In this document: piece by piece, positions 29,503 to 37,254 of the stretch
Layout of the letters: each line of letters begins with the position of its first letter
Position numbering within the stretch: position 1 is the first letter of the stretch
NCBI RefSeq assembly: GCF_028368995.1
Contig: NZ_JAQNDL010000002.1
Coordinates: forward strand, 1,344,001-1,408,000
From: Nannocystis bainbridge
GTDB lineage: Bacteria > Myxococcota_A > Polyangia > Nannocystales > Nannocystaceae
Length of the DNA: 64,000 bases
Direction: 5' to 3'
The notes under the pieces: model-generated
The model's input: only the letters and a program-made list of their open reading frames with translations
Database searches by the model: none
What the model was told of the DNA's origin: nothing
Program-made: the position numbers and the translations under genes

Positions 29503-30105
29503 ATGTGGAAGAAGCTGGCGATCGTCCTGTTGGTGGTGCTGCTGCTGGTCGGCGGCGTCGTCACCTATCTGTGGCTGCAGGTCACGGCGCTGCCGGACTG
29601 GTACACCGAGCTGGCGCAGGAGGGCGCGCCCGCGGCGGCCGAGGACGCCGGCGGCAAGCTGCAGTGGCAGCCCGCGGAGGGCCAGGCCGGCCGCAAGGAG
29701 CTGCGTAACTTCCACCGCAAGGCGGCCCGCTCGAGCCCGGAGGTCAAGGAGGTGATCAAGGCCTCGCGCGCGACCTTCGAGGACGGCCGGCTCGAGGCCG
29801 GGGTGGTCGCCGACCTGCGCAAGCTGCCGCAAGACAAGCTGAGCGGCGACCAGCAGGGCCTGTTCGAGCGCGCCCGCCAGTCCTTCCCGTCGCTGACCGA
29901 GCGCGACGTGTACATCGGCGTCGAGGACCCGTCGCCGATCGTCAAGGACGGCCGGGTGACGATGGGCCCGAGCGCGCGGGTCAAGATCGGCAAGTTCACG
30001 TACGCGCTCGACAGCGCGGCCCAGAAGCTCGGCATGACCCCGGACCAGCTGCGCGGCGAGCTCGAGAAGAACATGCGCGAGCTCGGGGTCGAGGCGCCGA
30101 ACTGA
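29503..30105 (+). CDS. Hypothetical protein with N-terminal membrane anchor
   Basis: MWKKLAIVLLVVLLLVGG; strong codon bias. Confidence 0.8.
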   Translation: MWKKLAIVLLVVLLLVGGVVTYLWLQVTALPDWYTELAQEGAPAAAEDAGGKLQWQPAEGQAGRKELRNFHRKAARSSPEVKEVIKASRATFEDGRLEAGVVADLRKLPQDKLSGDQQGLFERARQSFPSLTERDVYIGVEDPSPIVKDGRVTMGPSARVKIGKFTYALDSAAQKLGMTPDQLRGELEKNMRELGVEAPN

Positions 30106-30314
30106 CGCTCGGGACATGTCGTGAGGGGCATGTCCGAGAAGGCATGCGCTTCAGGACATGTATGTCGGTACATGTCCGAAGATACATATACTGGGTGTGT
30201 CTGCGAGGACATGTCCTTCAGCACTTGTCCCGAAGCTCATGTCCTTGGGTCCATGTATGGATGGACATGTCCTTGGGGGCATGACCCCATGACCATGTCG
30301 ATCACAGCAGGGGC
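30098..30314. repeat. Longest intergenic 14-bp-phased array, between convergent genes
   Basis: Cores at 30115, 30129, 30143, 30157, 30171, 30185, then a phase shift, then 30210, 30224, 30238, 30252, 30266, 30280, 30294, 30308. Confidence 0.95.
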
Positions 30315-31771
30315 GACAGCAGGCGGGCGAAGCCCTCGCCGAGGCGCCGCGGCAGCGACAGCGACTTGCGGGTCTCGGGCCGCACCTCGAGCGATTTGGC
30401 CAGCTCGCGGGTGAACACCTCGGCGAGGTCGAGCGTGACCCTGCGGTCGTAGAACATCGCGGTGACCTCGTAGTTGAGGTAGAAGCTGCGCACGTCCATG
30501 TTGGCCGAGCCGATCGCGGCCACCCGGTCGTCGACCAGCAGGTACTTGGCGTGCAGCATGCCGGGCAGGTACTCGTAGATCCGGCAGCCGGCGGCCAGCA
30601 GCTCGTCGTAGTAGCTGGCGCCGGCGAGGCTGACGAGGCTCGAGTCGTTGTTGCGCGGCAGGGGCACGAGCAGGCGCAGGTCGCAGCCGCGCAGGGCGGC
30701 GGTCTTGAGCGCGAGCGACAGCGGCTCGTCGGGCACGAAGTAGGGGGTGGCGATCCAGCAGCGCTCCTGCGCCGAGGCGATCGCGGCGGTGAGCTGGGCC
30801 GCGATCGCGTCGATGAACGGGAGGTCGGGGCCGCTCGGGACGATCTGCAGCATCGGCCCGCACGAGTGGCCCGACGGCCGCGCGAGCAGGTCGGCCAGCT
30901 GGCGCGCGAACGCGGGATCCTCGGCGTGGTCGTCGGAGTGGGCGGCCAGCCAGTCCTCGAGGAAGATGGCCTGCAGGCCGACCACGGCGTCGCCGGTGAT
31001 CCGCACCTGGAGGTCCGACCACGGCCGCGCCCCGAGCCCGCGCCCGAGGTACTCGTCGCCGACGTTGAGACCGCCGGTGAAGCCGAGGTCGCCGTCGACG
31101 ATGACGATCTTGCGGTGGTTGCGGAAGTTGATCATCAGCGGGCGGTAGCGCAGGCGCACCGCGCCGAAGGTGAGGACCTGCCCGCCGGCCGCGACCACGC
31201 GCTCGAACAGCTCGCGCGGGGTGCCGAGGCAGCCGAACTCGTCGTAGAGCAGCCGCACCTCGACCCCGGCGCGCGCGCGCTCGCACAACAGGTCGATCCA
31301 GCGCCGACCGGTGTCGTCGTCGCGCCAGATGTACGAGGCGATGTGGATCTGCCGGGTGGCGCCGGCGATCGCGGCCTCCATCGCCGCGAACGCCCCGGTC
31401 GGATCGGCCAGCAGCTCGACGCGGTCGGCCCGCCGCAGCGGCGCCGCCGAGCTGTTGAGCGCGAGCGCGACGAGGCCGCGCAGCGGCTGCTCGAGCTCCT
31501 CGAGCGGGGTCTCGAGCGGGAGCAGCCCGCGCGTGACGTCGGTAGGGTTGATGCTGCGTCGCGCTCGCAATCGCCGCCGCCGTCGCACGCCGGCGCGCCC
31601 GAGCAAGACGTAGAGGCACAGCCCGAACAGCGGCAGGAAGATCAGCGCGAGCAACCACGCGAGCGCGGCGCTCGGACGTCGTCGCTCCAGCAGGACCAGC
31701 GCCGTGATGCCGATCACGTAGAGGACGGTGGCGAGCTGGATGAACCAGAGCTCGGTGAAGACTTCAGGCAA
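30302..31771 (-). CDS. cls: Cardiolipin synthase
   Basis: Two HKD motifs (RNHRKIVIVDG, LHAKYLLVDD), N-terminal PLDc_N helices (AWLLALIFLPLFG); TTG start inferred. Confidence 0.92.
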   Translation of the reverse strand: MPEVFTELWFIQLATVLYVIGITALVLLERRRPSAALAWLLALIFLPLFGLCLYVLLGRAGVRRRRRLRARRSINPTDVTRGLLPLETPLEELEQPLRGLVALALNSSAAPLRRADRVELLADPTGAFAAMEAAIAGATRQIHIASYIWRDDDTGRRWIDLLCERARAGVEVRLLYDEFGCLGTPRELFERVVAAGGQVLTFGAVRLRYRPLMINFRNHRKIVIVDGDLGFTGGLNVGDEYLGRGLGARPWSDLQVRITGDAVVGLQAIFLEDWLAAHSDDHAEDPAFARQLADLLARPSGHSCGPMLQIVPSGPDLPFIDAIAAQLTAAIASAQERCWIATPYFVPDEPLSLALKTAALRGCDLRLLVPLPRNNDSSLVSLAGASYYDELLAAGCRIYEYLPGMLHAKYLLVDDRVAAIGSANMDVRSFYLNYEVTAMFYDRRVTLDLAEVFTRELAKSLEVRPETRKSLSLPRRLGEGFARLLSPLL

Positions 31772-31816
31772 CGGGCGACAAGTGTAGCGCGACGGGCGGC
31801 AGCTATAGTTACACCG

Positions 31817-33184
31817 ATGTCCCTGGAGCGCCTCGTCCCGCACAATCCGGCCACCGGCCAGCCGCTCGAGCCGGTCGACTGCACCACGCCCGATGGCGTC
31901 CGCGAGGCCGTGGCCCGCGCCCGCACGGCCCAGCGCGCCTGGGTTGCCACCGCCGCCGACGCGCGCGCGCGCCAGATCCGTGCGCTCGCGCAGGCCATCG
32001 GTGACCACGCCGATGCGCTGGGCCGCTCGATCAGCGAGGAGATGGGCAAGCCGATCCGCGAGGCCAGGTCCGAGGCGCGCAGCATCGCCGCCCGCGTCGA
32101 GTCGTTCATCAGCGCCGCCGATCAGGCGCTCGCCGACGACGACGGGGTCGAGAACGGGATCCGCATGCGCGTGCGCTGGCGTCCGCTCGGGGTGGTGGGA
32201 GTGATCGCCCCGTGGAATTATCCGGTGGCGACGCCGAGCAACCTCCTGCTGTCGGCGCTGCTCACCGGCAACGCGGCGGTGTTCAAGCCGTCGGAGTACA
32301 CGCCGCACACCGGCGCGCTGCTGCACCGCCTGTACGCCGAGACCTTGCCCGAGGGACTGGTCGGCCTGGTCCAAGGGGCAGGTGCGGTCGGGGCCGCGCT
32401 GGTGGCCAGCGACGTCGACATGATCGCGTTCACCGGCTCGATCGCCACCGGCCAGGCGATCATGCGCGAGGCGGCGACGACGATGAAGCGGCTGGTGCTC
32501 GAGCTCGGCGGCAAGGATCCGATGCTGGTGCTGCCGGGCGCCGATCTGCAGGCCGCGGCCCGCCACGCCGCCGACGAGGCGCTGCGCAACGCGGGGCAGG
32601 TGTGCGTCAGCGTCGAGCGCATCATCGTGCACGCCGACGTCGCGGCCGAGTTCACCCGCCGCGTGGCCGAGCTGGCGCGCGCGGTGAAGCCCGGCGATCC
32701 GCGCGACGAGGCGACCGCGATGGGCCCGATGGCGAGCGCGCGTCAGCGCGAGCTGGTGCTCGAGCAGCTGGCCGACGCGCGCCGTCACGGGGCGACGTTC
32801 GTGGTCGAGGGGCAGGCGCAGGAGCCGGGTTACTACCTGACACCGACGGTGGTCACCGATCTCAAGCCGGAGATGACGCTGGTCAAGGACGAGACGTTCG
32901 GGCCCGTGGTGGCGATCCAGGTCGCGCGCGACGTCGACGAGGCGGTGCAGCTGGCCAACGACACCCGCTACGGGCTCGGCGCGAGCGTGTGGGGCGCTCC
33001 GGGGCCGGAGCTCGACGCGGTCGCTGACCGCATCGAGGCAGGCATGGTGGGCGTCAACCGCGGGCTGTCGACCGCGGCTGGCGGTCCATGGGTGGGCTGG
33101 AAGATGTCGGGCCTCGGCTACACGCGCAGCGTGGCCGGCATGCGCCACTTCCTGCAGCCGCAGTCGCAGGCCCGGCGCGCGTAG
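31817..33184 (+). CDS. NAD(P)-dependent aldehyde dehydrogenase
   Basis: PWNYP, KPSE, FTGS, LELGGKDP, GQVC, ETFGP. Confidence 0.95.
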   Translation: MSLERLVPHNPATGQPLEPVDCTTPDGVREAVARARTAQRAWVATAADARARQIRALAQAIGDHADALGRSISEEMGKPIREARSEARSIAARVESFISAADQALADDDGVENGIRMRVRWRPLGVVGVIAPWNYPVATPSNLLLSALLTGNAAVFKPSEYTPHTGALLHRLYAETLPEGLVGLVQGAGAVGAALVASDVDMIAFTGSIATGQAIMREAATTMKRLVLELGGKDPMLVLPGADLQAAARHAADEALRNAGQVCVSVERIIVHADVAAEFTRRVAELARAVKPGDPRDEATAMGPMASARQRELVLEQLADARRHGATFVVEGQAQEPGYYLTPTVVTDLKPEMTLVKDETFGPVVAIQVARDVDEAVQLANDTRYGLGASVWGAPGPELDAVADRIEAGMVGVNRGLSTAAGGPWVGWKMSGLGYTRSVAGMRHFLQPQSQARRA

Positions 33185-33262
33185 GGACGAGGGGGCGCAC
33201 GGTCGAGCCTCTCGGGTTGCAACGCCGCGAGGCCGCACGTCCGCGAGGTCGCGGGGATAGCG

Positions 33263-33278
33263 TGGCCCCGCGGTTGCA
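33263..33278 (+). promoter_or_regulatory. Candidate sigma54 -24/-12 promoter
   Basis: TGGCCCCGCGGTTGCA has exact GG-N10-GC spacing with a TTGCA -12 box, in a 450-bp intergenic gap. Confidence 0.4.
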
Positions 33279-33637
33279 GATCCCGCAGGCCACGGCGCGA
33301 GGATCTGCGCGGCGGCCGTCGCGCGGCGAGTCTACGTGGTTGCTACGCGAGAAGCGTCGCGCCTCCGAGGTCGCCACGTCGTTGCAGCTTCAACGACGTG
33401 ACGCCCATGGGCCCCGAAGCGACGGATCTCGGGGCTTTCGCGTCGACAGGGGCAGGGCCGCTCGGGCCTACGGGCTTGCGAGACGCCGGCGCGAGGGCTC
33501 CCGCGTCGGTGTCGCGTGATGGCGGGGGGGTGCAGACGCGGGGCGAGGAGCCGGCCTCGCAGCGCGTCCGCCTTGCGCGAGCCGCACCGATCGGATGGGG
33601 CCTCCTGGCGCCCGCGCGCATTTGTTATGGTTCGGTC

Positions 33638-34648
33638 GTGGGCCTGCTCTCCAGCCTGCTCGCCGAGGCGGCCACCAGCCGACCCGGCGAGGTCGTGATC
33701 GAGACCGACCAGCCGCTGCGGCTCATGCACACGCAGGGCGGTGCGACGCTGGGCAAGGCGTTGTCAGGCGAGGTCGTGTTCGACGCGCTGGTCGAGGTGC
33801 TCTCGTGCGAGCAACAGGCCGACCTCGCGCTGGGCGAGTCGGTCAAGTTCGACCTGGTGGTCGATCAGGTCATGTGGCACCTGGTCGGAGAGACAGCGCT
33901 CGAGATGACCTCGGTGCGCGCGCGGCCCGGCGTCGACGGGTTCGAGCCGGGCGACAGCGTCAACATCGCCCTCGACGAGCCCGAGCCCGAGGCGCTGCGA
34001 CAGCCGCGGCGTCACACGTCCGGACCGGCCGAGCTCGACATCGAGATCCAGATCGACGACGACGGGCAGGAGGAGCGCGCCGGCGTGCGCCTGGCGGCGT
34101 TGCGGCCGCTCGCGGTCGAGGCAGAGCCGCGCGTGGGCTGGCCGCGACGGATCGCGGGCACCGGCTGGAACGGGCGCGCCGAGTCGCCGCGCCGCCGCAA
34201 TGCGCCGCCCTCGACGCTGCGCGACGCGGGTCGCCGCGAAGACCTCGATGCGATGGCGCTGGCGATCCCGAGCGGCACGCTCGCGTTCTTGCACCGCGTC
34301 GAGGGCGGGGCCGACCCGCTGGCGCGAGCGCTCGGCTGGCCGCTGCGGATCATCGGCGAGCGCGACGCGCCCGATCGTGTGCATGGCGAAATCGCGGCGT
34401 TGCCTGACGGCGTGGCGCTGGTGGTCCGCCTCGAAGATCCGAGCCCGTGGCTGCCGTGGCTGTTGCGCCGGGTCGAGGAGGGCAGGCGCGTGCTCGTCGA
34501 GACGCAGGCGACCTCGCCCGCGGGAGCGCGACGGATCGCCCTCGGCGTGGCAGCGAGTGACCGGGCCGAGGCGTGGCTGTCGGCCGTCCGCGTGGTCCAT
34601 GCGGCGCAGCTCGGCGGGGAGTGGACGCTGCTGGCCTTCGAGGCATGA
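33638..34648 (+). CDS. Hypothetical protein, possibly a degenerate PilT-like fold
   Basis: N-terminus resembles the PilT N-domain; C-terminal EEGRRVLVETQATSPAGARRI resembles AETGHLVFATLHTNSA; no Walker A visible; GTG start inferred. Confidence 0.55.
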   Translation: MGLLSSLLAEAATSRPGEVVIETDQPLRLMHTQGGATLGKALSGEVVFDALVEVLSCEQQADLALGESVKFDLVVDQVMWHLVGETALEMTSVRARPGVDGFEPGDSVNIALDEPEPEALRQPRRHTSGPAELDIEIQIDDDGQEERAGVRLAALRPLAVEAEPRVGWPRRIAGTGWNGRAESPRRRNAPPSTLRDAGRREDLDAMALAIPSGTLAFLHRVEGGADPLARALGWPLRIIGERDAPDRVHGEIAALPDGVALVVRLEDPSPWLPWLLRRVEEGRRVLVETQATSPAGARRIALGVAASDRAEAWLSAVRVVHAAQLGGEWTLLAFEA

Positions 34649-34913
34649 CCCCGGGGACAGGTTGCTCGGCGCCCCGTCGGAGCGGTCAGTGGCAGATTTT
34701 CTGACGACGTGACCGAAAGGTCATGTCGGGAGGAAGACGCGCCGCGCGGTTCGGCGACGGATCGACCTGGCTCGAAGGACAGCCTTCACGGCCGGTCACG
34801 AAGGACAGCGCCTGCGAGCCGCCTCTCTCCGCGGTGCGGGGGCTTGGCTCGGCAGGTGGGCGACGAGCGAGACTGCTTGCTGTTCGCAGGGACCTGTACG
34901 AAAGGCCAGATCC
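34627..34913. repeat. Scattered 14-bp-phased pairs and triplets between convergent genes
   Basis: Cores at 34630/34644/34658, 34708/34722, 34766/34780, 34792/34806, 34879/34893/34907. Confidence 0.65.
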
Positions 34914-34941
34914 GGAGCGCGTCCGCTCGACGCGTCGCGCG

Positions 34942-35157
34942 TCACTCTTCGCCGTCTTGCGGCTCCTGGACGGCGGCCAGCGAGCCCTTGGCGCCCTCTT
35001 GGGCGATCTGCTGGTAGAGCTCCTCGCGGTACACCGGGAGCCCTTGCGGGGCAGAGATGCCGAGGCGAACCTGACGCCCGCGGATCTCTCGGACGACGAT
35101 CTCGATGTTGTCCCCGATCCGGATCTTCTGCCCGACTTTTCTGGTTAGCGTCAACAT
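34942..35157 (-). CDS. csrA: Carbon storage regulator CsrA/RsmA
   Basis: MLTLTRKVGQKIRIGDNIEIVV...VRLGISAP...VYREELY; GGAGG RBS upstream. Confidence 0.95.
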   Translation of the reverse strand: MLTLTRKVGQKIRIGDNIEIVVREIRGRQVRLGISAPQGLPVYREELYQQIAQEGAKGSLAAVQEPQDGEE

Positions 35158-35436
35158 GGAAACCCTCCGTGGCGGAGCCGGTGCACCCCAATGAGTATCA
35201 CGCCGAAGCGATCCTCGTACCCGATAGCTATTGAGGAATATCGAGTTTTCTGCAAGAGCTTCTTTCGCGCGTGACAGGCTGATTCCGCTCGGATTACGGC
35301 CGATCGCGCCAAGAAGCGCGATTTTGAGCGGGGCCTCGATCTGTCCCGAAGACCAGGTAGAAACACGCCGACTCGGAGGGCCCCGCGGCGCGTCGATCGT
35401 GCATCGCCTGCGCGTTCGCTCGACATGTCGCGCGCG

Positions 35437-37254
35437 TCACTCGCGGCACAGGCCTTGTTCGCGCGCTTGCTCGGCTGGATCGGTGGCGACCTGCGCGAGG
35501 TCGCAGTGCAGCGCCGGGATGAACGGGTTCACGCGCAGCGCTCGCGCGAGCGCGAGGCGAGCGCCCGCGAGGTCGCCGACCAGTCGCAACGCGCGGCCCT
35601 CGGCGGCGGCGAGGTTCGGCTGCTCCGGATCGTCCTCGCCGGCGCGACGCAGCAGCGGCACCGCGCGCGCGGCCTTGCCGAGCTGGAGATAGAGCTCGCC
35701 GAGGCGCCGCGCGAGCTTGGCGTCGTCGCGCACGCGCGCGTCGGCGGCCCGAGCTTTCTCGTACTGCTTGGCCGCGGCGCCGAGGTGTCCGCGGAGCGTG
35801 AGCAGCACGCCGAGCCGCGCGTGCTGACGCGCTGCGCCGCCGCCGAGATGCGAGAACACGTCGCCGAGCAGCGAGAGATCTTCGCCCGCCTCGGCCGCGG
35901 CCTGCTGCTCGGGCGCGAGGAACTGCAGCTTGCGCAGCGCGCCGCCGGGCTTGCCCGCGGTGCGCTTCTTCATCAGCTCGCGCCAGTGGGCGTCGAAGCG
36001 CGCGAAGGTGTCGCCCCACGCGGTCGCCAGCGCGGCCTCGGCGTCCTCGCCGGCGGCGACGCGGCGCAGCAGCTCGTCGATGCCGGCGCCGCCGCGCTCC
36101 TCGCGGAGCACACCGAGCATGGTCTGGACCTGCGCGTAGGCGAGGGCGGCCCGCTCCTGCGACGGCAGCATCGCCAGCGACGGGTACATCTCGGCGAACG
36201 TGACGAGGTCGTCGGCCGCCAGCGCCTTGGCCAGCAGCTTGCGCGCGGGCGGCTCGAGCGGCAGCGGCTCGGGGCTGCGCCAGCGCGTCTCGAGCAGCTT
36301 GGCCAGGCCCTCCTGCAGCCACACGGGGGCGCGGTTGCGGGTCTTGAGGGTGACGAGGTAGTGCACGTACTCGTGCACGGCGGTGTCGATCCAGCCGTAG
36401 CCGTAGAGCATCACCCGCGGCGAGACCATGACGATCCGCCGGTACTTGGTGATGCCGACGGTGCCGGTCGTGTACACGTTCTCGCGCGTGAGCGGCGAGA
36501 CCAGCGCGAGCTTGACCGCGTCGTCGAGGATCTCGAAGCGCACCGGGTGATCGGGCTCGATGCCGAGGTCGGCGGCGAACGCCTGGCGGGCCTCGGCCAT
36601 GGCCGCGAACAGGTACGGCGCGATCAGCTCGTCCTTGGCGTTGGCGAACACGACCTCGACCTGGCCGTCGGGGCTGACGAGCCGCGTGGCCGGGCCGAGC
36701 GCCCGCTGGGCCCCGCGCGCGAGGTCGAGGTAGTGCTGGGCCTCCTCGCGCAGCGCCCCGGCCGGCGGCAGCTGCCCGGAGGCGACCGCGCCCGCCAGCA
36801 GCGACTCGGACTCGGGGTAGGCCGCGCGGTGGAACGCCAGCACGCCCGCCTTGACGTCGCGCGCCGAGCCGCTCGGCATGGCGGCGACCGCTTCGGCGGC
36901 GTCGGTGAGGTCCCAGGCGTTGATCGCCCCGTCGAAGCGCTCGGCGAGGTCCGCCCAGGCTTCGGCGGATCCGAGCGCGAGCGGAGCGCCTGTCGCTGGG
37001 GCCATGGCGTAGAGGACAGGGTCTTTCGGACCTGTCGCATCGGCCATGACCGCAGGGCCAGATGACCGTTCGGACATGGCCGAACCGCCATGTCCTTCGG
37101 CGCCTGGCCCTTGGGCCGTGTCGATATCGACATGTCCTGGAGGACCTGCGGTATTAGACATGTCCGATTCGACATGTCCTTGGGGACCGGAGCCGCAGCC
37201 GACGAGGGCGAGGGCGAGGGCGAGGCTGCGCGGCAGGGTGGGCCGGGTCGTCAT
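35437..37254 (-). CDS. Lipoprotein with zinc-metallopeptidase (MA-like) domain and TPRs
   Basis: Lipobox LALVG-C; HEYVH...PVWLQEGLA; C-terminal TPR helices; start overlaps the upstream stop (ATGA). Confidence 0.85.
   Translation of the reverse strand: MTTRPTLPRSLALALALVGCGSGPQGHVESDMSNTAGPPGHVDIDTAQGPGAEGHGGSAMSERSSGPAVMADATGPKDPVLYAMAPATGAPLALGSAEAWADLAERFDGAINAWDLTDAAEAVAAMPSGSARDVKAGVLAFHRAAYPESESLLAGAVASGQLPPAGALREEAQHYLDLARGAQRALGPATRLVSPDGQVEVVFANAKDELIAPYLFAAMAEARQAFAADLGIEPDHPVRFEILDDAVKLALVSPLTRENVYTTGTVGITKYRRIVMVSPRVMLYGYGWIDTAVHEYVHYLVTLKTRNRAPVWLQEGLAKLLETRWRSPEPLPLEPPARKLLAKALAADDLVTFAEMYPSLAMLPSQERAALAYAQVQTMLGVLREERGGAGIDELLRRVAAGEDAEAALATAWGDTFARFDAHWRELMKKRTAGKPGGALRKLQFLAPEQQAAAEAGEDLSLLGDVFSHLGGGAARQHARLGVLLTLRGHLGAAAKQYEKARAADARVRDDAKLARRLGELYLQLGKAARAVPLLRRAGEDDPEQPNLAAAEGRALRLVGDLAGARLALARALRVNPFIPALHCDLAQVATDPAEQAREQGLCRE
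36986..37193. repeat. Long in-frame 14-bp-phased array in a lipoprotein N-terminal linker
   Basis: Cores at 36989, 37003, 37017, 37031, 37045, 37059, then a 2-bp shift, then 37061, 37075, 37089, 37103, 37117, 37131, 37145, 37159, 37173, 37187. Confidence 0.92.

Noticed and set aside
30263-30272. GGACATGTCC equals the p53 half-site RRRCWWGYYY
   Set aside because: Coincidental; there is no reason to expect a p53-family protein and the context is clearly bacterial
30098-30314. CRISPR interpretation of the phased arrays
   Set aside because: The period is 14 bp with 4-nt variable parts, far too short for repeat-spacer units, and no cas genes are present
30121-30414. Small Met/Cys-rich ORFs over the arrays (also 6543-6863 and 37090-37272)
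   Set aside because: By-products of CATG/TGT-rich repeat units; no RBS or codon bias
34627-34913. Arrays as CsrA-sponging sRNAs because they contain GGA
   Set aside because: The GGA would lie in the stem of the TGTCC/GGACA hairpin, not in the loop as CsrA sites require, and the arrays are not specific to the csrA locus
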